Below are positions 53,241 to 64,000 of a stretch of 64,000 bases of DNA, in pieces. The notes beneath the pieces were generated by a model that was not told the origin of the DNA, did not search any database, and worked only from the letters and a program-made list of their open reading frames with translations. The translations under genes and the position numbers were made by a program. Numbering within the stretch: position 1 is the first letter of the stretch; each line of letters begins with the position of its first letter. This stretch comes from Octopus bimaculoides (lineage: Eukaryota), in contig NC_068982.1 of the NCBI RefSeq assembly GCF_001194135.2, positions 186,736,346-186,800,345 on the forward strand, given 5' to 3'.

Positions 53241-53710
53241 GGAATAGATATTTAACCAATTGACTAGTAATAAAGGAGCTAAGTTGAACTGGTGTGTGTG
53301 TGTGTTAATTGTATTGGCGTAATGACTCTTCCAAGATATATTATAATTATATTTAAGAAGTGGTGGTCATTGAAAGTCGATGGTATCTGTAGTAGCAGGA
53401 GACCCAAGAAGACGTAGGATGAAGTGGTGAGGACTGATCTCAGAATGTTGGGGCTGATGTCGGAATTGACAATGGACCAAGATGTCTGGCAATGTGAGGT
53501 TCTAGAGAAGGCCTGCCCATGTCAGTAAAGCTGATTTCTAGAAACTGTGTGTGTCCCACCCATATGTAACAATAAAACTTTTCACTCACCCTACCAAAAC
53601 AAATCAAACTGCATCTCTTCTCTTCCTCATATTTCCTCTTTCATACCCTGTGATTATCTTCCACTTCCCAATCCTGTCCTCTCTGCTCTGCTTATTACAT
53701 CATTGTTTTC

Positions 53711-53921
53711 CCCACCCCTTCTGTATACCCAGGTTCTCACCGGTCACTGCATTCCCCACCCCTTCTGTATACCCAGGTTCTCACCGGTCACTGCATNNNN
53801 NNNNNNGGTTCTCACCGGTCACTGCATTCCCCACCCCTTCTGTATACCCAGGTTCTCACCGGTCACTGCATTCCCCACCCCTTCTGTATACCCAGCTTCT
53901 CACCGGTCACTGCATTCCCCA
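53711..53921. repeat. 44-bp minisatellite (cccaccccttctgtatacccaggttctcaccggtcactgcattc) spanning a gap
   Basis: At least 4.5 near-identical units visible; gap at 53797-53806. Confidence 0.9.
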
Positions 53922-54749
53922 CCCCCACTCTCTACTCACAGTATACCATGACTTCCATACCTCCAGGTTATACCCTGACACTTGCCACCGTTTACCTCTT
54001 TCTTCTTTCACTCTATCATCCCATTTATATCCTAATTGCTGTACCTTGTGGGTATGCCCTGGTGCTTCACCATCATCTCTCTCCTGCTCTCTCTTGCACT
54101 CTTGCTCTCTTCTTCTTCTCTCTCTCTCTCTTTCTTTTGCTCTTCTCTCCAGCTGGGTAACCATGTATCTCCTCTACAGCAGCACACTCATTTTCTGTCT
54201 TCATTCTCCACCCCCTCTCTCTCTGTCGCCAGGTAACCATGTTCCTCCTCTACAGCAAGACATCTGTTTCTGTCTCTCTTTCTCACTTTAACCTTTCATC
54301 ATCTGGCACAAGATCACCTCCTCTAATGCCCCCTCCCCTCTCAAAGGTTTTTTTTTGTTTTGCAAGTTACTTGGTGGCCCTACCAATGCTGATATCATGT
54401 AAAAAGCATCCAGTCCACACTGTAAAGTGGTTGGCATTTTGGAAAGGCACCCCCCTGTAAAAACCTTGCCAAAACTGACCTCGCCTGTGCTGGTGCCATG
54501 TAAAAGCATTCAGTCAACTCTGCAAGGTGATTGGTATTAGGAAGGGCATCCAGCTGTAAAAACCATGCCAGACCAGACAGAGAAGTCTGATGCAGTTTTC
54601 TGCCTTGCCAGCTCCTGTCAAACCAGCCGACCCATGCCAGCATAGAAGACGGACATTAAACGATGAGGGTAATCATGATATATTCATATTTAAATGTCTA
54701 ATTATAATTTAATCATATCTACATTAATGCTTCTTTGATGTCTTTTCAG

Positions 54750-54911
54750 AGTTTCTAAATTCTATAAAAAATTTCGAGGAAGAGTTAGAATCAGTAGAAG
54801 CTGAAAGTAGGGGGATTTTGAGTCAAAATAAATTGCACACCTCTGATCCAGCAATTGGTGAAGGTGAGGTTTCCACTGCGAGCCTAATGAATAGGACACA
54901 GCGTATACCAG
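54750..54911 (+). CDS. Duplicated-type exon D (E-FLNSIKNFEEELESVEAESRGILSQNKLHTSDPAIGEGEVSTASLMNRTQRIP)
   Basis: Acceptor tcttttcAG, 162 nt, phase 1-1, open. Ends CGTATACCAG like exon A; donor flank gtaataccatgtattgataactgcctccc is homologous to A-C. Confidence 0.75.
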
Positions 54912-56479
54912 GTAATACCATGTATTGATAACTGCCTCCCTTTTGTTTGGCTTGCAACATTTTTATAGCTAGTTTATACATAGAACTATTGGCATAGGTA
55001 AATTAAAAGCACTATCCTTCATCAGCTTTCTATTTCTTCAACAAACCCCTAACAAATGTGAAGGAATATTAGAGTTGACATAATTTGGCTGATGCAAGGC
55101 GGCGAACTGCCAGAATCGTTGATACGCCGGACAAAATGCTTAGAGGCATTTCATCCGGCTTTACATTCTGAATTCAAATTCCGCTCAGGTTGCATTTGCC
55201 TTTCATCTTTTCGGGGTCAATAAACTAAAGAACCAACTGAGCACTGAGGCCGATGTGATCTCCCAAAATGCCAGGCCTTATTCCTATAACAGAAAGAAAT
55301 ATTTCAGTTTTCTTTAAAACGGCTCAATCAGTTAGATTAGACACCACAAGCACTTTAAATGTAACACCCACTTTTTAAAAATGTTTAAGTTAATTAACAC
55401 TAATTAGTAATAAGCTATACTTGCTAATTATTTATTCATAGAGTAACAACAAAGGTATCAACTTTCAACATTATTATTATTATCATTATTATTATTATTA
55501 TTATTATTGTTATTATTATTATTATTATTATTAAGGTGCTGAGCTGGCAGAAATGTTAGCATGCTGGATGTTTGGAGTGTCAGAGGAAATACAAGTTCAC
55601 ATGTAGTCCCCAGTCACATGCATACACTGTTTGGAAAAGTGTAATCTGTAAGGAGCTCATTTTGCCATTGATTGTTGACCATTGCAGAGGATTCGCTGAC
55701 CAAGTAACCACCAATTATCTGAGCAGACATAGCCTGGGTTTGAAGCAGGTGGTACTCATACCATTTAACCCGTAGATAGGACCCTGGTCAGTGCTACTAG
55801 TCCAGGACAGAGTAGACCTGGGAACAATAATGGCTAGGAGATGGTTCCACCTTCCTCAAAACCCTGGAATTCCTCTACCAAGGCCCCTCTACCAAGGCCC
55901 CTCTACCAAGGCGCCTCTACCAAGGCCCCTCTACCAGATGCAGTTCAAATGCTTACCCAGACACCATCACTATTTGTCATCCTGTAAGACTTCCAAAAGA
56001 GTTTGTTGTATAATATCCTAATTAATGTTAGTTTGTAAAGAATGTTTATCAATTAAATAGGTAAATAACATGGTTTGGGCCTCACAGAAGCAAAGTGGCT
56101 GAGCTCATTTTGAGCGTTGGGCCTCACAGTGGCACAATGGCTAAGTTCCTTTTGAGTGTTGGACCTCACAGAGGCAATGACCAGGACCTTTGGCATTATG
56201 TCATGCTTGAGGAGATCTATCTAGCCGAGCAAAACCACAGTTGTGGCAGATACCAGTGTCATGCAAATGGCACCCGTGCCAGTGGAATATAAAAGCACCC
56301 AGTACACTATTGGAGTGATTGGCATTAGGAAGGGCATCCAGCCATAGGAGATCATGCCAAGTCTGACTGGAGTCTGGTGCAGCCTTCCAGCATGCCAGCC
56401 CGGTCAAACTGTCCAACCCATGCCAGCATGGACAACGAATGCTTAATGATGATGATGATGATGATGAAATAATCTGTGC

Positions 56480-57170
56480 AATAAACCCAAAATAATACGC
56501 TGAAATGGTGGAAACTTTGGAATTACCAAACGGTAAAAAACTGAAAATGATGTTGGAAGGGAGACCCCCAAAATGTTACGGATGCGGTGAAAGAGGGTAC
56601 CTGAGATGGAAATGCCTCAGAGCAGCAGTGGAAATGGTGGAAGAGAGTGTTCAGGAAGATATGGTGGTGGGAAAAAATCAGAAGCAGAGAACAGAACAGG
56701 ATGGGGATTTTGCAGAGGTAAAACCCAGGAAAAGAGAGAAAAGAAAGTCACCGACGACAGTGGAAGTGAAGAAGTGTAAAGGAATTGGAAGAAGAAACTC
56801 AACCCACGACGAGAAATGGAGAAAATTTACCAGTGGAAGTACCAGCAAAGGAATTAAAAGTACAGAGTCAGTCAGACCAGAAAAGAGACAACCCAGAATT
56901 ACGGAAACCTAAAGCCATAGAAACACAAACGAAACACGTAGAGTTGCAGTCAAACGAACACACAGACACACAAATACACGAACACACAGACACACAAATA
57001 CACGAACACACAGACTTAGAGATGAAAATACAAGAACACACAAAACAGCAGGAAAATAGAAACAAAAAGAGACAACAAGAAAGACACAAACAAAAAGAAA
57101 AATTATAGAGTGAAGGAATCCCCAACTTAAAAGGAGTGTAGAATGGAAAGACATTGGGAGAGACAGAAGT
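56480..57170 (+). mobile_element. LINE ORF1 remnant with zinc knuckle (Tx1/L1-like); possible 3' end at about 57460-57905
   Basis: LKMMLEGRPPKCYGCGERGYLRWKC followed by a low-complexity basic region; the 3' segment ends tgtaataaagaa. Confidence 0.6.
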
Positions 57171-59250
57171 GGTAAGTCATCATCATCGTTTAACGTCCGT
57201 TTTCCATGCTGGCATGGGTTGGACGATTTGACTGAGGACTGGTGAACTAGATGGCTACACCAGCTCCAATCTGATTTGGCAGAGTTTCTACAGCTGGATG
57301 CCCTTCCTACTGCCAACCACTTCGAGAGTGTAGTGGGTGCTTTTACGTGCCACCCGCACGAAGGCCAGTCAGGCAGTACTGGCAACGGCCACGCTCAAAT
57401 GGTGTATTTTACATGCCACCTGCACAGGAGCCAGTCCAGCGGCTCTGGCATAATTTTGTAAAGACTGTAACCGAGAACAAATTATTTGGACTTCCATGGA
57501 AAAAAAAAAGAAAAAAACAAGTAAATTTGGAAACTGCTGAATAAACAGGTTTTCTAAAAGTTTTTTTTGTTAAATGCTGTAATAAACATTTGGGTGACTT
57601 TTAGTTTAAAAAGGAAAAGAAATATGTAAGTCCTGTATGAACATTTGTTTAAAAGGTTTATAATTGTAGGGTAAAAGTGAAGAGGGATATTGCGGTTCTG
57701 CCTCGGAGCGAGGCTAGATGTTATGTAAAATGTAAAGGTTTACAGAAAAGGACTCCATGGCTTCATCTCGCAGTGGGAGTGAGATGGCTGTCTCATTTGC
57801 ATTGTAATTTTATTCATTTCACAATCATCTTTCATATGTTTTATGTTCCCGCATGTCTTTGTATGTCCCCTCTGTAATTAGGCCTTGTGCCTGTAATAAA
57901 GAATTAACCTCTAGCCGAACAATTATTCTGTTCTGATGAAAAGAAATAACCCAGAAATTGCGATACACAGATATTGTCTTGAGCTGAGTGGGGGTGCTAG
58001 ATTCCCTTGTTCGAAAATATAAGGACACAGATCGTGTCGTATAGCCAGCTGGAGACGATGTCTCCTGGGGCTAAATAACAGCAACATTTGTCCTAAACCA
58101 GGACTGCCATGTTATGTTTACAAACAATTTTTACAGTTTCATATGCTACAACCTTTTGAAAATGTAATGTGAAAGCAGCAAAGTGTATTTCTATATTTTC
58201 TGTGCATTTTCAACTTCATTTCTTATATATATATATATATATGTGTCTCTTGCAAGGTACTTAGTGACTCTGTCAGTGCAGGTGCCACTTAAAAAGCATC
58301 CAGTCCACACTGTAAAGTGGTTGGCATTTGGAAGGGCATCCAACTGTAAAAACCTTGCCAAAACTGACCTCACCTGTGCTTGTGCCAAATAAAAAGCACA
58401 AGGTCCACTCTGCTGAGCAGTTGGTGTTAGGAAGGGCATCCAGCTGTAAAGCTCCTGCCAAAACAGTCACAGGAGTCTGGTGCTGGTTTCTGCCTGGTCA
58501 GCTCCTGTCAAACTGTCCAACCCATGCCAGCGTGGAAGGTAGACGTTAAAGGATGATGATGATGAGGATGATGATTTTTGTCATCATCATCGTCGTCGTC
58601 GTTTAATGTCTGCTTTCCATGCTGGCATGGGTTGGACGGTTTAACTGAGGGTTGGTGAGCCAGAAGGCTGCACCATCATCATTATCATCATCATCGTTTA
58701 ACGTCCGCCTTCCATGCTAGCATGGGTTGGACAATTTGACTGAGGACTGGCAAGCCAGAAGGCTGCACCAGGCTCCAATCTAATCTGGCAGTTTCTACAG
58801 CTGGATGGCCTTCCTAACGCCAACCATTCCAAGAGTGTAGTGGGTGCTTTTAAGTGCCACCGGCACAATGGCCAGTCAGGCAGTACTGGCAACGGCCATG
58901 CTCAAAATGGTGTATTTTACGTGCCAGTTGCACAGGAGCCAGTCTAGCGGCACTGGCAACGCCCTCACTCGAATGTTTTTTCACGTACTACCGGCACAAG
59001 TGCCAGTAAGGCGATGCTGGTAACGATCACACTCAAATGGTACTATTTACATGCCACCAGCACGGAAGCCAGACAGCTGTTCTGGCAATGATCACGCTCA
59101 GACGGTGCTCTTAGTGCTCCACTGGTACAGGTGCCATCACTATTTCGATTTCACTTGCCCCAACAGGTCTTCGCAAGCCGAGTTTAGTGTCCAATGAAGG
59201 AGAGGTTAGCATGGGTGCCAGTTGTCGAATTTGGTTCGATTTCACTATTT

Positions 59251-59660
59251 NNNNNNNNNNNNNNNNNNNNNNNNNNNNNNNNNNNNNNNNNNNNNNNNNN
59301 NNNNNNNNNNNNNNNNNNNNNNNNNNNNNNNNNNNNNNNNNNNNNNNNNNNNNNNNNNNNNNNNNNNNNNNNNNNNNNNNNNNNNNNNNNNNNNNNNNNN
59401 NNNNNNNNNNNNNNNNNNNNNNNNNNNNNNNNNNNNNNNNNNNNNNNNNNNNNNNNNNNNNNNNNNNNNNNNNNNNNNNNNNNNNNNNNNNNNNNNNNNN
59501 NNNNNNNNNNNNNNNNNNNNNNNNNNNNNNNNNNNNNNNNNNNNNNNNNNNNNNNNNNNNNNNNNNNNNNNNNNNNNNNNNNNNNNNNNNNNNNNNNNNN
59601 NNNNNNNNNNNNNNNNNNNNNNNNNNNNNNNNNNNNNNNNNNNNNNNNNNNNNNNNNNNN
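59251..59660. other. Assembly gap; other gaps at 3527-3536, 32584-32593, 35024-35033, 50725-50826, 53797-53806, 60766-61541
   Basis: N runs. Confidence 1.
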
Positions 59661-59698
<38 letters not shown>

Positions 59699-59794
59699 TT
59701 TCCATTATTGTAAAATGTGTTAAATGTTAAATATCTAATAATAATTTATTTTTTACTTTATATCTAAACATTTCTTTTGTTGATATACTTCCAG

Positions 59795-59887
59795 AATTTA
59801 GAGAAGAGTTGTTTTTAGGAGAAGAAGAATATGAAGAAAGCCTGACTGATATCGAAAAGCAGCCAGCTGTGCAGTATGAATCATCTG
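59795..59887 (+). CDS. Exon E (E-FREELFLGEEEYEESLTDIEKQPAVQYESS)
   Basis: Acceptor ttgttgatatacttccAG, donor CTG|GTAATG, 93 nt, phase 1-1, open, acidic like B and D. Flank homology to A-D is weak. Confidence 0.68.
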
Positions 59888-61904
59888 GTAATGGCGTTTA
59901 TTGTAAATGGCTTCTTTGGGGAGGGGGAGAGTAACATATAATATGAAAAGGAACCCCTCCCTCACAACAAATTAAACTGAAGACTGCTTAATTAGTGACA
60001 AAATACATTTTTTTCAGTTACTTCTAAAAAAATTCATCCTGTGCATGGGAACTGCAAGAATCGGTAAAATCATCATCATCATCAGCATCATCATCATCAT
60101 CGTTTAACGTCCACTTTCCATGCTGGCATGGGTTGGAGAGTTTGACTGAGGACTAGCGAGCCAGAAGGCTGCACCAGGCTCCAATCTGATCTGGCAATGT
60201 TTCTACTGCTGGATGCCCTTCTTATTGCCAACCACTCCGAGAATGTAGTGGGTGCTTTTTTTATGTGCCACCGGCACAGGGGCCAGTCAAGCTGGCCTGG
60301 CATTGAGCATGTTCAGATAGTGCTTTTTAGGTGCCAGTCAGACGAGCCTGGCATCAATCAGAGGAACATGAATGTGCTAATCATTGTTGTATTTCATTAT
60401 TGGAGAACAGCTTCTTCTTTCATAATGCATCTGATTCATAAGCATCAGGAATGTTTTGGACACCCGGTGTTTCGACATTGTTGTGTCTCCTCAGTCAGAG
60501 CTACCACAGACTAATGAATCTTTTAATGAATCATTAGTTTATATTTACCTGAAATAAATTACAGAATTGTAGTTAAGAAGAATTGTGCATATTACTGCAT
60601 TTTTAATTCAACTTGTGTGTGTATAAAATAGATCAAAATTAATTTATTAATAACACTATAAGGAATCAGAGTAGTGAAATAGACAATACATCTATGTATC
60701 ACAATGTGTCTGAGTGTGTCGGCATAAATATATATGCGTATATATATATATATATATATATATATNNNNNNNNNNNNNNNNNNNNNNNNNNNNNNNNNNN
60801 NNNNNNNNNNNNNNNNNNNNNNNNNNNNNNNNNNNNNNNNNNNNNNNNNNNNNNNNNNNNNNNNNNNNNNNNNNNNNNNNNNNNNNNNNNNNNNNNNNNN
60901 NNNNNNNNNNNNNNNNNNNNNNNNNNNNNNNNNNNNNNNNNNNNNNNNNNNNNNNNNNNNNNNNNNNNNNNNNNNNNNNNNNNNNNNNNNNNNNNNNNNN
61001 NNNNNNNNNNNNNNNNNNNNNNNNNNNNNNNNNNNNNNNNNNNNNNNNNNNNNNNNNNNNNNNNNNNNNNNNNNNNNNNNNNNNNNNNNNNNNNNNNNNN
61101 NNNNNNNNNNNNNNNNNNNNNNNNNNNNNNNNNNNNNNNNNNNNNNNNNNNNNNNNNNNNNNNNNNNNNNNNNNNNNNNNNNNNNNNNNNNNNNNNNNNN
61201 NNNNNNNNNNNNNNNNNNNNNNNNNNNNNNNNNNNNNNNNNNNNNNNNNNNNNNNNNNNNNNNNNNNNNNNNNNNNNNNNNNNNNNNNNNNNNNNNNNNN
61301 NNNNNNNNNNNNNNNNNNNNNNNNNNNNNNNNNNNNNNNNNNNNNNNNNNNNNNNNNNNNNNNNNNNNNNNNNNNNNNNNNNNNNNNNNNNNNNNNNNNN
61401 NNNNNNNNNNNNNNNNNNNNNNNNNNNNNNNNNNNNNNNNNNNNNNNNNNNNNNNNNNNNNNNNNNNNNNNNNNNNNNNNNNNNNNNNNNNNNNNNNNNN
61501 NNNNNNNNNNNNNNNNNNNNNNNNNNNNNNNNNNNNNNNNNCATATATATATACATATACATATATATACATGTACATATAAATTTGACATGGCAACTCT
61601 TTCTTTTCTTGGGATTTACAGTCAAACAGCTGGGTGGAATTGCGTGGAAAATTACACAGATGTATAGAATGATCCAGTGGTGATGCTGGGCTTTGTATTT
61701 TTCATAGCTCCCATGGTTACTGAGATAATCTACTATAATAATACTCTTGTGTTTATGAATGAGAAAGGAAGGGGTGATAGATGAATAAGGAAGGAAGGGC
61801 TGATGTCATACTTGGTAGTGGGATGATGAAAACTGTATGCTGAAAAAATAAATCAAACAGCGTTTGAACTCTGTGTGAATATATCTGTGTATGTAAAGGG
61901 GGGG

Positions 61905-63470
61905 GGGATGCATATGTGTGTGCGTGTGTGTGTGCGAAAGAAGTGACTGTAACAACTATAGAGACATCTCCCTCCTCAACATCATTGGCAAAGTCTACGC
62001 CCGGGTCCTTCTGACCCGTCTGCAGAAGTTGGCTGAGCATGTCTACCTAGAATCACAGTGCGGCTTCCGAGCTGAAAGGTCCTCTGTAGACACAATCTTT
62101 GTCAACTCCAGGAGAAGTGCAGGGAGCAGCAGATGTCCCTATATGTTGCATTCATTGACCTTACCAAGGCCTTCGACCTTCAAGGCTCTCCATAAGATTG
62201 GCTGCCCTCCAAGACTGCACAGCTTAATTGAGTCCTTTCACTCAAACATGAAGGGGACTGTGCAGTTCAACGGCAACCTCTCTGAGCCCTTTGACATATG
62301 AAGCAGAGTCAAGCAAGGCTGTGTGCTTGCCCCAACACTCTTTGGGATCTTCTCTTTCTCTTTCTGTAACGCACTTTTGACATAGCACAAGAAGGAATCT
62401 ATATGCGGACCAGATCAGATGGCAGGCTCTTCAATCTCTCCTGCCTAAAAGCGAGGACAAAGGTCTGTGATGCTGTCATCAGAGGCATTCTATTTGCTGA
62501 TGACGCTGCAGTTACAACCCACTCCCAACGGGAGCTGCAGCTGCTCATGGACTGCTTCTCCCAGGCCTGCAAGAACTTTGGTCTGACCATCAGCCTGAAG
62601 AAGACAAACATCCTGGTGCAAGGCACACCAGCACAACCAGCCATCACCATCAATGACTATGAACTTGAAGTTGTTCATCAATTCACTTACCTTGCGTCCA
62701 CCATCACTTACAACCTCTCTCTCGATGCCGAGATTGACAAGAGAATTGGGAAGGCAACCACTACGCTCGCATGCCTCACATCAAGAGTGTGGACAAACCT
62801 AAAGCTGACAGTGAAAACAAAGATGGCTGTGTACAATGTCTGTGTCCTCAGCACCCTGTTGTATGGCAGCAAGATATGGACCACATATGCCCGTCAAGAA
62901 AAAAGGGTAAACAGCTTCCATCTCAGAAGCCTTCGACACATCTGGCAGGATAAGGTGACCAACACCAACGTCCTGACTCATGTTGCCCCCTCTTTCATGT
63001 ACACCTTGCTGAGACAATGTCGACTACGCCGGCTTGGCCACGTTCACCATATGAAGGACAGCCGAATCCCAAACAACATTCTCTATGGAGAACTTGCAGC
63101 AAGACAGAGGAACAAGGGCCACCTACAGCTGAGGTACAAGGACGTGTGCAGGAGGGACATGAAGGCACTCAACATCGTCATCAACTACTGAGAGGACCTA
63201 GTAGCGGACTGCACCAGGTGGAAAAGCACACTTCTCAGACAACTACGGATCGGTGTGAAGAGAAGCTGTCAACTGCAGAAAAGTGAGCCTGATGTAAAGG
63301 ATCGACAGGTGACAGAGCAGAATCCACAGATGCGATCTATGCAACTGAGACTGTCATTCTCGCATTGGTCTCCATAGCCATGGGAGGTGCTGCTCATGCT
63401 CAGCAGCCCAACGTAGACAATAAATGGATGGACATGATACCCATGGTCAGCCATGATCGAAGGTGGCCTC
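61905..63470 (+). mobile_element. RTE (BovB-like) LINE, 5'-truncated RT plus 3' UTR
   Basis: ESQCGFRAERS, MRTRSDGRLFNLSCLKARTKV...ILFADDAA...LLYGSKIWTTY; GC-richer than its surroundings; ends before a (TA)n tract. Confidence 0.92.
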
Positions 63471-64000
63471 AAAATATATATATATATATATATATATTTT
63501 ATTTTATTTTATTTTATATTATATATTGTATATTCCATATTCTATACCCAACATTGGTTCTGCAGGAATATAAATAAAACATAAAAAACAGACAATGTTG
63601 GAACTCTTTTAAACAAAATAATATATTCCTCTATACACAATCATACAAAAAAAACGCCTTTTTTGTATTTATTTTTACTCGCATATATATATATCGTTCA
63701 TCATCATCATCATCGTTTAACGTCCGCTTTCCATGCTAGCATGGGTTGGACGATTTGACTGAGGACTGGTGAAACCGGATGGCAACACCAGGCTCCAGTC
63801 TGATTTGGCAGAGTTTCTACAGCTGGATGCCCTTCCTAACGCCAACCACTCAGAGAGTGTAGTGGGTGCTTTTACGTGTCACCCGCACGGTGTGAATATG
63901 TATTATAGCTCTGCAATGGTGGGTTGAATTCTAGATCTATCACATCTCACTCGTGGTGCCCAACCAAGTATCTGGCAAGTAGGATGCAAATCCTTGCTAT

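Noticed and set aside
59184-61683. ORFs of 160-334 aa in the supplied track
   Set aside because: They consist mostly of X residues from N gaps.

Overview
AT-rich, repeat-dense animal genomic DNA with several N gaps. The repeat landscape (tRNA-derived SINEs, RTE tails ending in (GAT)n, CA/TA microsatellites) looks like an octopus genome; that is my recognition, not a database result. Two genes are arranged head-to-head around a roughly 450-bp CpG-containing promoter. (1) A FAM76-family gene on the minus strand, with five coding exons that splice in frame (16131-16051, 6196-6132, 3994-3934, 2542-2387, 279-<1). (2) A plus-strand gene missed by the ORF track, built from short exons that all start and end in phase 1 (37873-37920, 40894-40953, 42385-42453, 54750-54911, 59795-59887; probably also 36361-36468 and a first exon 16578-16608). 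Several of these exons have homologous intron flanks, so they arose by exon duplication. In the youngest pair the upstream introns are about 99% identical, yet the exons differ at 14 of 48 aligned nt, all in codons that change the amino acid. This is the most interesting signal in the window. The rest is decayed mobile DNA: RTE, CR1 and Tx1-like LINE fragments, Gypsy-type LTR remnants with unusual architectures, Mariner/Tc1, hAT and Merlin-like MITEs, and SINEs. Most ORFs in the supplied track are repeat artefacts.
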